Below, one piece after another: positions 46,012 to 56,295 of a stretch of DNA of 57,091 nt. The DNA lies in assembly GCA_032718475.1 (NCBI GenBank), contig JAUCBJ010000058.1, forward strand, positions 1 to 57,091, written 5' to 3'. This stretch comes from Nemertoderma westbladi (lineage: Eukaryota; Animalia; Xenacoelomorpha). Each line of letters starts with the position of its first letter. The stretch's first letter is position 1. Made by a program: the position numbers and the translations under genes. The notes under the pieces were generated by a model that saw nothing but the letters and a program-made list of their open reading frames with translations, had not been told where the DNA came from and searched no databases.

Positions 46012-47115
46012 GCTGTTTTGGCGCTAACTGCAGCCAAATACGTCTCAGAAAGTTTCCAATTGGGCAGCTGCAACTCTTCCTCCCATTGGCTAGAAGTCAC
46101 CATAGCAGTGACCGTAGTACTAGCGCTGAGCGCTCTCAACTGCATCAGCATGAAGACGGGCGCCCGGGTGATGGATGTGCTAACCTACGGTAAGGTTGCG
46201 GCCCTGGGGGTCATTATAAGCGGGGCCATATACCACGTGGCGCTCTACGGGCACGCGAACGCAGACAACGTAGTGAAGGGTACCTCCACGGACCCGGCCC
46301 AACTGGCCTTGGGATTCTACGCGGCTGTGTGGGCAAATACTGGGTGGGATGCACTGCCGGTAGTTAACGAAGAAATAGTTAATGTCAACCGGAATTTACC
46401 CCTCAGTGTCATTATAGGCGTCCTTCTTGTTATCACCTTGTACATCACAACTAATCTCGCCTATTTCGCTGTCATCCCAATGGAACAGATGTTAAACTCA
46501 GACGCCGTCGCAATGACATTCAGTAATTACGTATTCCCCGCTCCCATCGCATGGTGCGTGCCATTTTTTGTAGTTGTTTCTACTGTAGGGAGCATCAACT
46601 CATCAATTATCACCTTATCTAGGGTTATGTATAGCGCAGCTAGAGAGCATAATCTGCCCCAGTTTCTAGGACTACTAAACTATAAAAGGAACACACCGAT
46701 GGTAGCAATAGCTCTCAATGCAATAATAACAAGTTTAATGTGCTTCGCGGGTAATATTTTCTTACTAATACGTTATGTAGTTTATGTTTCCGTTATGACA
46801 ATAACGCTCGCCACATTCGCCATGTTGTATCTGAGATTCTCCCAACCAAATAGGCCCCGCCCTGTGAAGGTGAGTCTTATAAACCCATTCGTGCTTCTGA
46901 TTGGCTGCGCATTTCTTGTCTTCCTCCCTTTGGTAAAGGAACCCGTACGCTCATTGGTTGGTTTGTTGCTATATTTAGCTGGAATCCCTATTTATTTGAC
47001 TCTTGTGAGACCCAAACGGCTTCCCCATTGGTTGGAAGAGATTATTCGCAAAGTTACTGTTTTCTTTCAGTTGCTTTTTGCCAGTCTACCAGAAGACCAT
47101 AAAGAAATGACATGA
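46012..47115 (+). CDS. SLC7-family L-type amino acid transporter light chain, exon 2
   Basis: Acceptor ttttatttccag|GCT; EEIVNVNRNLPLSVIIG, TNLAYF, SDAVAMTF, LYLRFSQPNRPRPVKV; EL2 Cys (LGSCN) at the position used for the heavy-chain disulfide; 536 aa in total. The specific paralog cannot be assigned. Confidence 0.9.
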   Translation, partial: AVLALTAAKYVSESFQLGSCNSSSHWLEVTIAVTVVLALSALNCISMKTGARVMDVLTYGKVAALGVIISGAIYHVALYGHANADNVVKGTSTDPAQLALGFYAAVWANTGWDALPVVNEEIVNVNRNLPLSVIIGVLLVITLYITTNLAYFAVIPMEQMLNSDAVAMTFSNYVFPAPIAWCVPFFVVVSTVGSINSSIITLSRVMYSAAREHNLPQFLGLLNYKRNTPMVAIALNAIITSLMCFAGNIFLLIRYVVYVSVMTITLATFAMLYLRFSQPNRPRPVKVSLINPFVLLIGCAFLVFLPLVKEPVRSLVGLLLYLAGIPIYLTLVRPKRLPHWLEEIIRKVTVFFQLLFASLPEDHKEMT

Positions 47116-47943
47116 TCTTTTGGTCTCTCATTAACATGACAACGTGTTATTCGATATACTACTAGACTAGCCAGTCTAAATGTTGACGTGTCATTTACGA
47201 TTTAGATTTGTCTATTAAAAATTAACTTATATTGTTAAAATTGACTTTGTTTTAATTGACTATAAAATTGCCCTCGGTGAAATTATATTACTTTATTTAC
47301 CGCTGGCTCTTGTTCTTGTTGACTATTTCTGAAAACGAAGTCATGTAATACAGCCCAGTGGGTCAGAAAGCCCAGAATTATAGGCTATTTGCTATTCATA
47401 TGTTTTTTTATGAGTCGAATTAAACAATAAACTGTGTGAAAATTAACACTGTGTCACCTAAAACAGACTTACAAACTGATTGGGCTGTGATTTTCAGTAA
47501 ATTAAAGGTATTTCATTTAATGTACAATAAAGTTAATTGTAAATTTTAACGTTAAAAGGTTACAAATATTGTATAACGTTTTTTACTGGTGTTTATTTAT
47601 GTATAATTAATAATTTATTATGTCTGGTTAATTAAGTAAAATATTTAAATTTCGGAATTACTATCCACCACAAAGTTTAGTTAGTATTAAAATTTATAGT
47701 AAAATGGTGCTATAAACGTCTTTTATTTGTTATAATAAATTTATTCTAAAATGCTAACGTTATTTAATTAACGCAGTTTGTAGCGTAATTTAGCAGGTTA
47801 ATTATTTTGTTGTGTAACTCGAAAGTGGAATCACACTCCAGCCTGTAGGTACAATAGCCATAGCAAAATAATGGTTGAGCCGAAAATTCGAGAATGACTT
47901 GTATATAGTTGGTGTTATGGGTGAATGAGTGGTTTCATATTAA

Positions 47944-48198
47944 TATAACCTTTTGTTGGGCACAGCTTTGCAAAGTCGGCAATGACGTCCAGGTGGGATC
48001 GAACTGGTGACCTCTGACGCTCTAACCATTCAGCTAGCAGCTCAGGTAAAAGGTAGACCTGGAAATACTACCTGATAACTTGTATTATAGCTGGGTACTG
48101 AATGGTTAGAGCGTCTGACTTCCAACCCGGAGGTCGCCAGTTCGATCCCACCTGGACGTCATTGCCGACCTTACAAAGCTGTGCCCAACAAAAGTTAT
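47944..48198. mobile_element. Head-to-head pair of tRNA-derived SINE-like units (family 2)
   Basis: 48089-48198 (TGAATGGTTAGAGCGTCTGAC...GTTCGATCCCACCTGGACGTCATTGCCGAC...GTGCCCAACAAAAG) is the reverse complement of 47944-48042, apart from one short deletion and a few substitutions. Confidence 0.75.
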
Positions 48199-48225
48199 AA
48201 TTATTGTATATAGTTGGTCATGACT

Positions 48226-49413
48226 TGGCCTTGTGCCGGAAATCCAGCCGGGCCGGAATTCCGGCCGGATTTTGAGAAAAAAATCCGGTTCCGGCTCCGG
48301 CCGGATTTCAATTTTTTGGCCGGACTTCAATTTCAACGAATTGTTGACAAAATTTACAATTAATGTAAATTTTAGAAAAAAAAACATCAAAATATATTTG
48401 CTTTTAAATTCAAACAAATTTAAACATAAGCAAATACAAAGGAATACAATACAATTTTTTCATAGTTTGTATCATATTCATTCATATTATGAATATAATT
48501 TTGTGACTATCTACATGCTGAGCTGACTGACTACTTTTTACCAATAATATTTGTATTTGGTTGGGCTCAGCCTCACTAACACTTACTGTAAGTTATAATA
48601 AAGAGTACATGTATGGCCATATACTAATTATAACTAGTCAATAATTATTATATTGTCCCACCGCGCAAGCGTTGATGTTAGGTCTAGCTAGGTTTGTTAT
48701 AAATTTAGATTAAGCTAAGCTACCACCGTGAATGACAAGTTTATATATTCGACAGGCAATTTACTGTGTACTAACTCTAGTAAATCCAATTTAACTCAGA
48801 GAGTATAAAAAAACTACAGCCATTGTTACTTCGTTCTATTTTTCAATTTGCAATTAATTTATCAAATCAATCCATTATATCAAATATCAAATCTGCGTAG
48901 GTTATGGTACAAAAATATTAGTTTATCTCCACGATCCGGAAGTAGACGAGAGCTTTTCTCATCAAATACATTACCAGTCTCTGAAAATATTCGCGCGGAA
49001 TAAATTGAAGACGCTGGTGATACTAAATATATGTACAAGTATTTGTAAATTAGGAAATGATTCCTTATTTGCAGCCAACCAACGCAAAACACTCTGCTCG
49101 TCCCGTTTAGTTGGGATAATTGACTTACTTATCTACTTCTGAATTCTTATTAAAGTCAAATTCCTTATCATGACCTTGCTGATCATGATCCAGCACGTTA
49201 TCTATCGATACCGGACCTAACGCCCAAAGGACCAAATGACGTGGTACCCTCCCTCCCTCCAGTTCTGTCCATGCATGAAGGTACCATGTAGCTGATTCAA
49301 GGAAAAAAGTGGTGACATAAAAAAATCCGGCTTGGCCGGAATTCCGGCCTGTTTTTTTACGAATCCGGCTCCGGCCTGGCCGGTTTGAAAATAGTCAATC
49401 CGGCACATCCCTA
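48226..49413 (-). mobile_element. hAT deletion derivative with a transposase dimerization-domain remnant
   Basis: CCGG-rich subterminal repeats at both ends and right terminus CCGGCACATCCCTA; ORF 48880-49092 YLVSPASSIYSARIFSETGNVFDEKSSRLLPD...LIFLYHNL fits the hAT C-terminal motif. Confidence 0.8.
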
Positions 49414-49473
49414 GTATCGAGTATCGTTTCGTAATAGCTACACATATAAAATAAATATAATTAATGAGTCCCT

Positions 49474-50043
49474 TTAACCCTATTTGGCCCGGGGGCGTCA
49501 TTTTGTAAACTTTTTATTAATTCATCTGTATCTTTGAGTCAGATTTGTTGGAAAAACCAAGATTTGTGTCGTATCTTAAAATTTAATCCAACAGAACAAA
49601 TGCCATTTATGTTGCTATGGTAGTTTTCGTGCTGCTGTCGTCCCTTTCTGGCAGCCATCTCCAATATTTTTCGTGCTAAAATTTTCAAAAGTTTTTATAG
49701 TTCACTAAAATGAAATTAAGATATATTGCCATGCGGCGGTTTTTTTGGATGGTGATCACGATTATAGACCTCAAATATAATTAATATTCGAGAAATATAC
49801 CATCGGCATTATAAAAATATACACAAAACGTTTTAGTTTGACATTTTTTTACTTGTAGTTTTCGTCCTGGGGAAGCAAAATAGCACAAAAATGATGGTTG
49901 CATTGCCAGAAAATACTATTACCGAGTTTTATTGTGATCAGCGACCTCATCAAAATTGTAATTTTTGAGCCAATATCTAAAATATTTCTAAAATGACCCC
50001 CAGGCCAATTAAGTACTAAAAAAGCACGGCCAAATAGAGTTGA
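49474..50043. mobile_element. piggyBac-like MITE
   Basis: TTAACCCTATTTGGCC at the left end and GGCCAAATAGAGTTGA at the right (degenerate GGGTTAA). Confidence 0.55.
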
Positions 50044-50052
50044 TACTGTATA

Positions 50053-50392
50053 CGCCAGAGGGTAAAAGGAACAAGTGTCGCGGACACGTAGGTAACTGGT
50101 GTATTAACGTATAACTGATACCGGGTAATAATGTTACATATAACATTGGTAAATGGCTACAGTAGCAATACGGTCATACACATAAGCAGTATCACGGTAA
50201 CAGAGCAGGTCTGCTATCCAGCAGTCAGGGTAAGGGTGATACAGCTCCGCAAGTGTGCAGAGCCAGGTAATCAGATAGTCTGATCCCTGCTCACCGGGGG
50301 ACCGGTCTTACACCTAGCAGTATGACGTCACCCGGTGTGATCTAACTAGTGACCACACAAGGTCTGTCAACCGGCTTGACGGTTGGCTGGCG
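50053..50392 (-). repeat. 3' LTR
   Basis: Matches 55956-56295 except at 50386 (G) vs 56289 (A); termini CGCCAG...CTGGCG. Confidence 0.93.
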
Positions 50393-50396
50393 TGAT

Positions 50397-50416
50397 CCCT
50401 TTTTTTCTTTCTTTCT
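50397..50416 (-). other. Polypurine tract
   Basis: Minus strand reads AGAAAGAAAG-A-run-GGG, 4 nt before the 3' LTR. Confidence 0.8.
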
Positions 50417-50853
50417 AGTTTACCTTTCGATAGATAGTTCTGCCCTTTTATGAATTGCAAATATAAAAAGGGTGCCGGCATTGACTAATGATAAGGCCTA
50501 CCTAACTTACTTTCAGTTTCTCGCGAATAGGTATGGTACGTTTTATACTACAACTGTATGCACAATTAAATAAGGACATTTAACCACCGATCGGCTTTCC
50601 TACTAATAATACTACAAATAGAACGAACAACGCATGAAAACGTCTAACTAAATTATTTTCAGTTTCGTACGGACAAGGTCAGTCAGTTTCTCAAATACTA
50701 CGACGAGTTTAAAGCGGATTGTAACAGACTGGCAAAACAAGGACTATACTAAAGGGATGCAAATATGCAAACAAACTAAGGACCAATAGTAATGGCCGCT
50801 GTAACGCACGGGATACCATAAACACATAGGAAAACTTTAGTATTGTGGTGTAA

Positions 50854-52388
50854 TCATGGTAGAGGAAACCCATAGTAGTCTGGTGGGCGCGTATGACGCT
50901 GAGGACGCCGGGTGTGTGGAGGAACGTTGTCCACATCGTCGAACCCGAGGAACACCTCGTCTAGGGAAGAAGAGGGTGACGGGGAGCGCGCTGGTGCCGG
51001 AGGGGGTGTAGTTGGACGCACAGAAGGTACCAGAGGAGAGGCCTGGTAATGTCGCTCACCCGGCGGTTCGGTGTCGGCTGGTCGCGGGGGAGGTAGACCC
51101 GCAGACCCCTCGTCATCGTCGTTGGACGAGGGTTCGTCGACTGCAGGTACCGAGGTATCGCGGTAGGGTACGCGATAACATTCGGACCGCGGAACCCGAT
51201 ATGCCTGCGAACGCAGTTGGCGACCGACGAACTTCCGGACACTTACCCAGGATTGGTCCGTTGTCGCTACAATGTACCGGGGTCGGCCCTGTAGTTGCGG
51301 CGAATCGGCGTGGAGGTAGACGATATCTCCTACTTCTAACGGAGTATCTCTAGCGGAGCGACTGGGATGCGGATTTTTGGACTGTGCACTATGGGGATGA
51401 TTGGCCAAACGACGGCGATGTTGCTGGTCGATAAGCTCAGAGTCGATGAGGGGGAGTTGAGCGCCAGTAAACTGATCGCGTTGGAGCAGGATTTCTCGGG
51501 CGGATACGCCGCTCGACCGGATACGCGCATTTAACCGGGCGATGGCAAGGGCGAGAGACACAGCGGAGTAGGGTCCCCCGGACGGATGGAGTTTAAGGAG
51601 TTCATCTTCTAATTCGCGGACGGCGTGTTCCGCGACCGGATTTTTGTCTTTGTTTTTGGCGCGTCCCAACTCAATACGGATATGGTGGGCAGATAAAACT
51701 TTGTCGCCGACTAACGCACGGAATCCGGGTGCGGGATCGGTACGAATGACTGCGTGGGGGCCGCTAAGGGGGCACATACCGACGCACAACGTGAGGAGGC
51801 CATCCCGCAACGTTGTGTGTTGCTCATCAGAGAGGAACATGGCAGCGGAGTACGACGAGGCGGTTTCGCGGAGGATGAGGGTGAACTGTCGATGGCGACG
51901 GATGACATCGGCAGCGAATGCGATTCCGATGGCGGCCGGAGGGTCACCGGACGACTGCTCGATGGATCGCCGTGGGGCGGAACGCAGCGCGGCGCATTGG
52001 GCGCACTGCGAGTGGATGGATGTGATGGCTTCTTCCATGTCGAGGGCGTAGAAGTACCGCAGAAACGTAACGCGCAGCTGGGTACGCGACGGGTGCTGCA
52101 ACTCGAGGTGCAGTGACGTAAGGAGACCAGGGAGCGCATGGCGAGGGACAACGATCATTTCCCGTGGAGTCGAGAACGCGGTGTGTCGAGGAACAACGAG
52201 GAGTCCGTCCATGGCGACGGACGCGCAGCCGATGTACCGCTTAACGTCGCGGATGGTCGTTTCCTTCTTGGATGGACGCGTGCCCTGTGCGAGGTGCGCT
52301 TTGGCGCGACGGATAGATGCGCATTCCTGCTGGGTGACGAGCCAGGTACTACGGGTGGCGTACAAGGGACGCGCTGGAGGGGGGGGGG
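50854..52388 (-). CDS. Integrase portion of pol (frame-shifted from the upstream ORF at a C10 run)
   Basis: H-x4-H...CAQC zinc finger, DDE triad (ADVI / TDPAPGF / AEHAVRE) and LEVGDIVYL C-terminal motif. Confidence 0.85.
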
Positions 52389-55300
52389 TCTTTGGTGAGA
52401 CCCGCCGTACGGATGATGGGTTCGTCGGCGAGCTGATTAACGAAGTCGCAGACCTGGCACTGTGGATTAACACACTCGGGAATACTGCGACTTTGGAAGT
52501 CGGCTGGTAGGTTGCGCGAACCCTGGATATGGACCACGAGGAGGGAGAACTGGCTCACCGTGGCGAGGAAGGTAGTGAGTCTCGGACTGTTGGAGTAAGC
52601 CCCACGAGTAAGTTTAGCGAACGCCTGGACGCAGGGTTTACTATCGGTGACAACGGACGTGCGGGTAGTAGCGTGAGTGATATAGGGAGCGAAGTGATGA
52701 ACAGCTGCGGCGATGGCGAGTGCTTCCAATTCGCAAGGAAGCCACGTACGTTGATGGGTTCGCAACTTCGAGGAGTAGAACCCGGCGACGAGGAGTTTCG
52801 ACTCGCGGCGGATATATAAGACAGCGCCGAGTCCATCGACGCTGGAGGCGGCGTCGGTGACGATGAACAGCTCGTCGGAGGGCCGTGGGAGAACCACAGT
52901 ACGGCATGTTTTCAAGGCGGCCTGAGCGCGCCGGAATGCACAAGTCGAAGGATCCGTCCACTGAACGATATCGGCGGAAGCGCCGACTGCGAGTTCGTCG
53001 AGGTCGCAAAGAAGTGCTGCGCAATGGGGGAGAACGCGCGCGAGGACTTTATACGATCCCAGGAAGGAACGGAGGGACCGGACAGTGTCAGGTTTATCGC
53101 AGGTTGCGAGGGCTGAAACGACATGAGACGACGCGGTAAGGGAGCCAGCAGTCCATTGCCAGCCAAGAATGGTAGTGGAATGCGGGCAAATGACGGTCTT
53201 CTTGGGGGATAAACGTAAGGAAGAGCGTGCGAGGGCTGTGAGTAGCGCGTTAAAATTTGCAGCTAATTCGGATATCGTGTTGCCGCCACAATACAAATCA
53301 TCTGCGAGTTTACTGACGGTGCCCTGCTTGATAAGTTCCCCAAGGACACGGCACATCAGTTCTTCCAAGGCGGTCTCGGATCCGGGCATACCCATGGCGC
53401 AGCGGGTATAGACTCGTACGCCGCGGAACGGTGTAACAACGCCGCAGAACTTCATGGAGTTGCGACTAATGGGGATCTGGTAGAACGCACTCGTTAAATC
53501 GGTTTTGATGAGGAACTTATAGGAGCCGATTTCGCGCAGGGTAGACTCGACACTAGGGAGGAGTGATGGCTGGGGTTTAGCATACCGGGCAATCTCGTTA
53601 AAGGCTGTAACGAGGCGAGTTCCTCCGTTGGGTTTGGCTACGAGGAAGGAGGGACTGAGGTACTCCACATGTACCCCTGGGTGTTCGGGTGTAGCGAAGA
53701 CACCGCGTTGTTCGAGTTCGTCGAACCGGTCCTGCAACTCGACGAGGCGGTTGCGGCCGTATTGGGGTACGCGTCCTTTCTGTTGAGGGGGTAGAGTTGG
53801 TCCCATGTTGACAACGGCTTCGTAGGGGCCCGCGGCGCCGTTGTATCTGGGGTACTCGGCTTCGAATACCGTGGAGTGCGCGGCGAGGACGTCGGAAAAC
53901 TGGCGGCGTTCAGCGCTGGTGAGGATGTTGTCGGGGTCTAAGCGTACGCCGTCGACGGAACGGGGGTTGGGGCGACGGGTAGAGCGCGATGTAGGCAGTG
54001 GGATTGTGTCAACGGCAGCGGTCGGTATTGCCGCCGGTTGGATGGGTGTTGCCAAGCAAACGTGAGAGTTCCGTTTGACCCTGATGGGGATCTGGGTGGC
54101 GTTGCGGATGGCGACGGAACCGTCGCACACGTCGGCAAGGAACGGTTGGAACCAGGGCTCATTCGGAGACGTAGTTGGATGGTGGGGTGCCAGTAAGAGG
54201 GGCACGGAACTCGCTACCGGTAGAGTGAGATCCGCGTCTGGCCAGACTACGACGGACCGGGTAGCTGCGCGTATCAGTGTGGACTCGGGTCTTCGCGGGC
54301 GCGTGGAGGTTGAGTGCTGGCCTCCGAAGGGTATTGTGGTGCCGTCCGGCAGGGTAATCGTCATATGGGCGGGACGTAGCGTTATATCATTGCGGTATAG
54401 GAACGGCATTCCACAAATGATGGGACATCCGAGCTCCGGGACGACGAGACCGTTAAACTCGAAGGGGGTCGAGCCACGGTGGACGACAAAACGCGTTTCG
54501 CCGGTAACCTTCATCTTAGACTGTCCATCGGCCTGTTCGGGAACCTGGCAACTACTCGGGGAGATATGGACGCCCAGCTGGCGGGCGAACGCCTCCCGGA
54601 TGAGATCGGATTCTGCGCCACTGTCGAGTAGCAATCGAAGTGGACGGGACTGATAATCGGCTTCTAAGACGGGGGAACGCATCACAGCGACTCGGTGGGC
54701 CGCTGGTGGTTGGTTGTAACTCATTGGGGAATCGTCGGGGGGCTCGAACTCGTCATTGGAACTGGCGGAATCGGCGATATCGACGGCGCGAGTCCGGACG
54801 AGGAACTGTTTATCCTGATCGGGGAGGAACGGGCAGGTACTGAGGAAGTGGTCGAACTCCTTGCGTTGCGCCTGCTTGCACAGGGGGCAAATCCGGGCAG
54901 GTCGTGTGCGGTGTTGTAAACTACGGCGGTCCAGCTGGCGCGCACGGTTCGGGTGGCGCGGGGCGACCTCCGTCGTCTGGGAGCGGAACGTGCGCACGTC
55001 GGCTGACACGCGGAGCTCCTCCAAGAGGGACGGCATAGCCTGGCTGATCTCGGCCTTGACGGAAGCCAAGGTGCGGGAACGAAGTTCGCAGCCATACCGT
55101 TGCTTAACCAACGCCGGTAAGTCCTCGTGGATGAGACGTAACCAAGTCAACACGAGGAAGTTCTCCACCGTGGGGGATATCTCCTCGGCGGCGGCGGGGA
55201 GCTCGCCGTGGTGGGTAATGCCCCCGAGGGGTGAGAGGAGGTTGTCATCGAAGAACGCTGCGAGACGTTGGAAAAGGTCTTCATGGCGTTCCTCGTGTTC

Positions 55301-55714
55301 GAGGTGGATGGTGGAGAGATCTAGGAAGTGGGAGCCTGTCCGTTGAAAACCGTAATGTAATCGGAGGGCTTGCCAGACGTATGAAAGAGATGTAGATTTT
55401 AGTACGATGGTGTTACGCGCGATAACCTGCGCGTAATTGGCGATTTGGCCCAGCATGAACTCGAGGGAGACGAGTTGTTGCTGCGCGGTACGTCGTTGGG
55501 CGTCCGGAACACCGGCGGCGTCGTCGACGAGACCCCGGGTCGGACTCGCAGGGGAAGCCTTCTCCCATACTGCGCCAGCGGCGGTAAACCGCGCGAACTC
55601 TGGGTCGAGGGACAGACTATAAATCAACGTCTGGCGCCAGGACTCGAATGACGTGATGGATTCCTGAGTAGTGAGTTTAACTAAGCGTGGAGCCTTTAGG
55701 TGTTGATTCGCCAT
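52349..55714 (-). CDS. Gag-protease-RT-RNase H polyprotein
   Basis: ATG at 55714; CPLC-x9-H-x4-C knuckle, LLDSGA protease, SPSFLV..TDLTSAFYQI..AMGMPGS..LADD RT, and IVTDAA..ELEALAI..VTDSKP RNase H. Confidence 0.92.
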   Translation of the reverse strand: MANQHLKAPRLVKLTTQESITSFESWRQTLIYSLSLDPEFARFTAAGAVWEKASPASPTRGLVDDAAGVPDAQRRTAQQQLVSLEFMLGQIANYAQVIARNTIVLKSTSLSYVWQALRLHYGFQRTGSHFLDLSTIHLEHEERHEDLFQRLAAFFDDNLLSPLGGITHHGELPAAAEEISPTVENFLVLTWLRLIHEDLPALVKQRYGCELRSRTLASVKAEISQAMPSLLEELRVSADVRTFRSQTTEVAPRHPNRARQLDRRSLQHRTRPARICPLCKQAQRKEFDHFLSTCPFLPDQDKQFLVRTRAVDIADSASSNDEFEPPDDSPMSYNQPPAAHRVAVMRSPVLEADYQSRPLRLLLDSGAESDLIREAFARQLGVHISPSSCQVPEQADGQSKMKVTGETRFVVHRGSTPFEFNGLVVPELGCPIICGMPFLYRNDITLRPAHMTITLPDGTTIPFGGQHSTSTRPRRPESTLIRAATRSVVVWPDADLTLPVASSVPLLLAPHHPTTSPNEPWFQPFLADVCDGSVAIRNATQIPIRVKRNSHVCLATPIQPAAIPTAAVDTIPLPTSRSTRRPNPRSVDGVRLDPDNILTSAERRQFSDVLAAHSTVFEAEYPRYNGAAGPYEAVVNMGPTLPPQQKGRVPQYGRNRLVELQDRFDELEQRGVFATPEHPGVHVEYLSPSFLVAKPNGGTRLVTAFNEIARYAKPQPSLLPSVESTLREIGSYKFLIKTDLTSAFYQIPISRNSMKFCGVVTPFRGVRVYTRCAMGMPGSETALEELMCRVLGELIKQGTVSKLADDLYCGGNTISELAANFNALLTALARSSLRLSPKKTVICPHSTTILGWQWTAGSLTASSHVVSALATCDKPDTVRSLRSFLGSYKVLARVLPHCAALLCDLDELAVGASADIVQWTDPSTCAFRRAQAALKTCRTVVLPRPSDELFIVTDAASSVDGLGAVLYIRRESKLLVAGFYSSKLRTHQRTWLPCELEALAIAAAVHHFAPYITHATTRTSVVTDSKPCVQAFAKLTRGAYSNSPRLTTFLATVSQFSLLVVHIQGSRNLPADFQSRSIPECVNPQCQVCDFVNQLADEPIIRTAGLTKDPPPSSASLVRHP

Positions 55715-55944
55715 GGTGAATGGTGGATCGGGTTGGGTACTGCGTGAATCCGCAGTACCGGTTAGGTAAGTAGTAGCCTAACTGGTGGGTGGATCGCCAG
55801 TAGGTACCGGTAATCTGGTAATGGCTGACTGGATAGCAGGAAGGCGACAGAGGGAGCTCTGACCCCGGGTCGCCTGGTGAAGAGAACGTGTAGCGACTCT
55901 GACTTGCTGTTGACAGGCTGAGGAGTGAGAATCGAACTCCGAAA

Positions 55945-55955
55945 CGTTGCCACCA
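55945..55955 (-). other. Primer-binding site, possibly tRNA-Leu
   Basis: TGGTGGCAACG abuts the 5' LTR and is close to the recalled tRNA-Leu-type PBS TGGTGGCAGCG. Confidence 0.6.
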
Positions 55956-56295
55956 CGCCAGAGGGTAAAAGGAACAAGTGTCGCGGACACGTAGGTAACT
56001 GGTGTATTAACGTATAACTGATACCGGGTAATAATGTTACATATAACATTGGTAAATGGCTACAGTAGCAATACGGTCATACACATAAGCAGTATCACGG
56101 TAACAGAGCAGGTCTGCTATCCAGCAGTCAGGGTAAGGGTGATACAGCTCCGCAAGTGTGCAGAGCCAGGTAATCAGATAGTCTGATCCCTGCTCACCGG
56201 GGGACCGGTCTTACACCTAGCAGTATGACGTCACCCGGTGTGATCTAACTAGTGACCACACAAGGTCTGTCAACCGGCTTGACGGTTGACTGGCG
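55956..56295 (-). repeat. 5' LTR
   Basis: See the 3' LTR entry. Confidence 0.93.

Larger units (their letters stand above)
50053..56295 (-). mobile_element. Full-length Ty3/gypsy LTR retrotransposon, very recent
   Basis: Two 340-bp LTRs with one visible mismatch, plus PBS and PPT; gag-PR-RT-RH-IN domain order. Confidence 0.95.

Noticed and set aside
48089-48162. Functional tRNA gene
   Set aside because: The acceptor and anticodon stems pair poorly, and homology with the inverted copy extends beyond the tRNA-like part, which fits a SINE.
50393-50853. env gene in the LTR element
   Set aside because: The region is only ~460 bp of AT-rich sequence with no suitable ORF.
50961-55651. Many antisense and alternate-frame ORFs within the Gypsy element
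   Set aside because: These are shadow ORFs of GC-rich coding sequence with no recognisable motifs.
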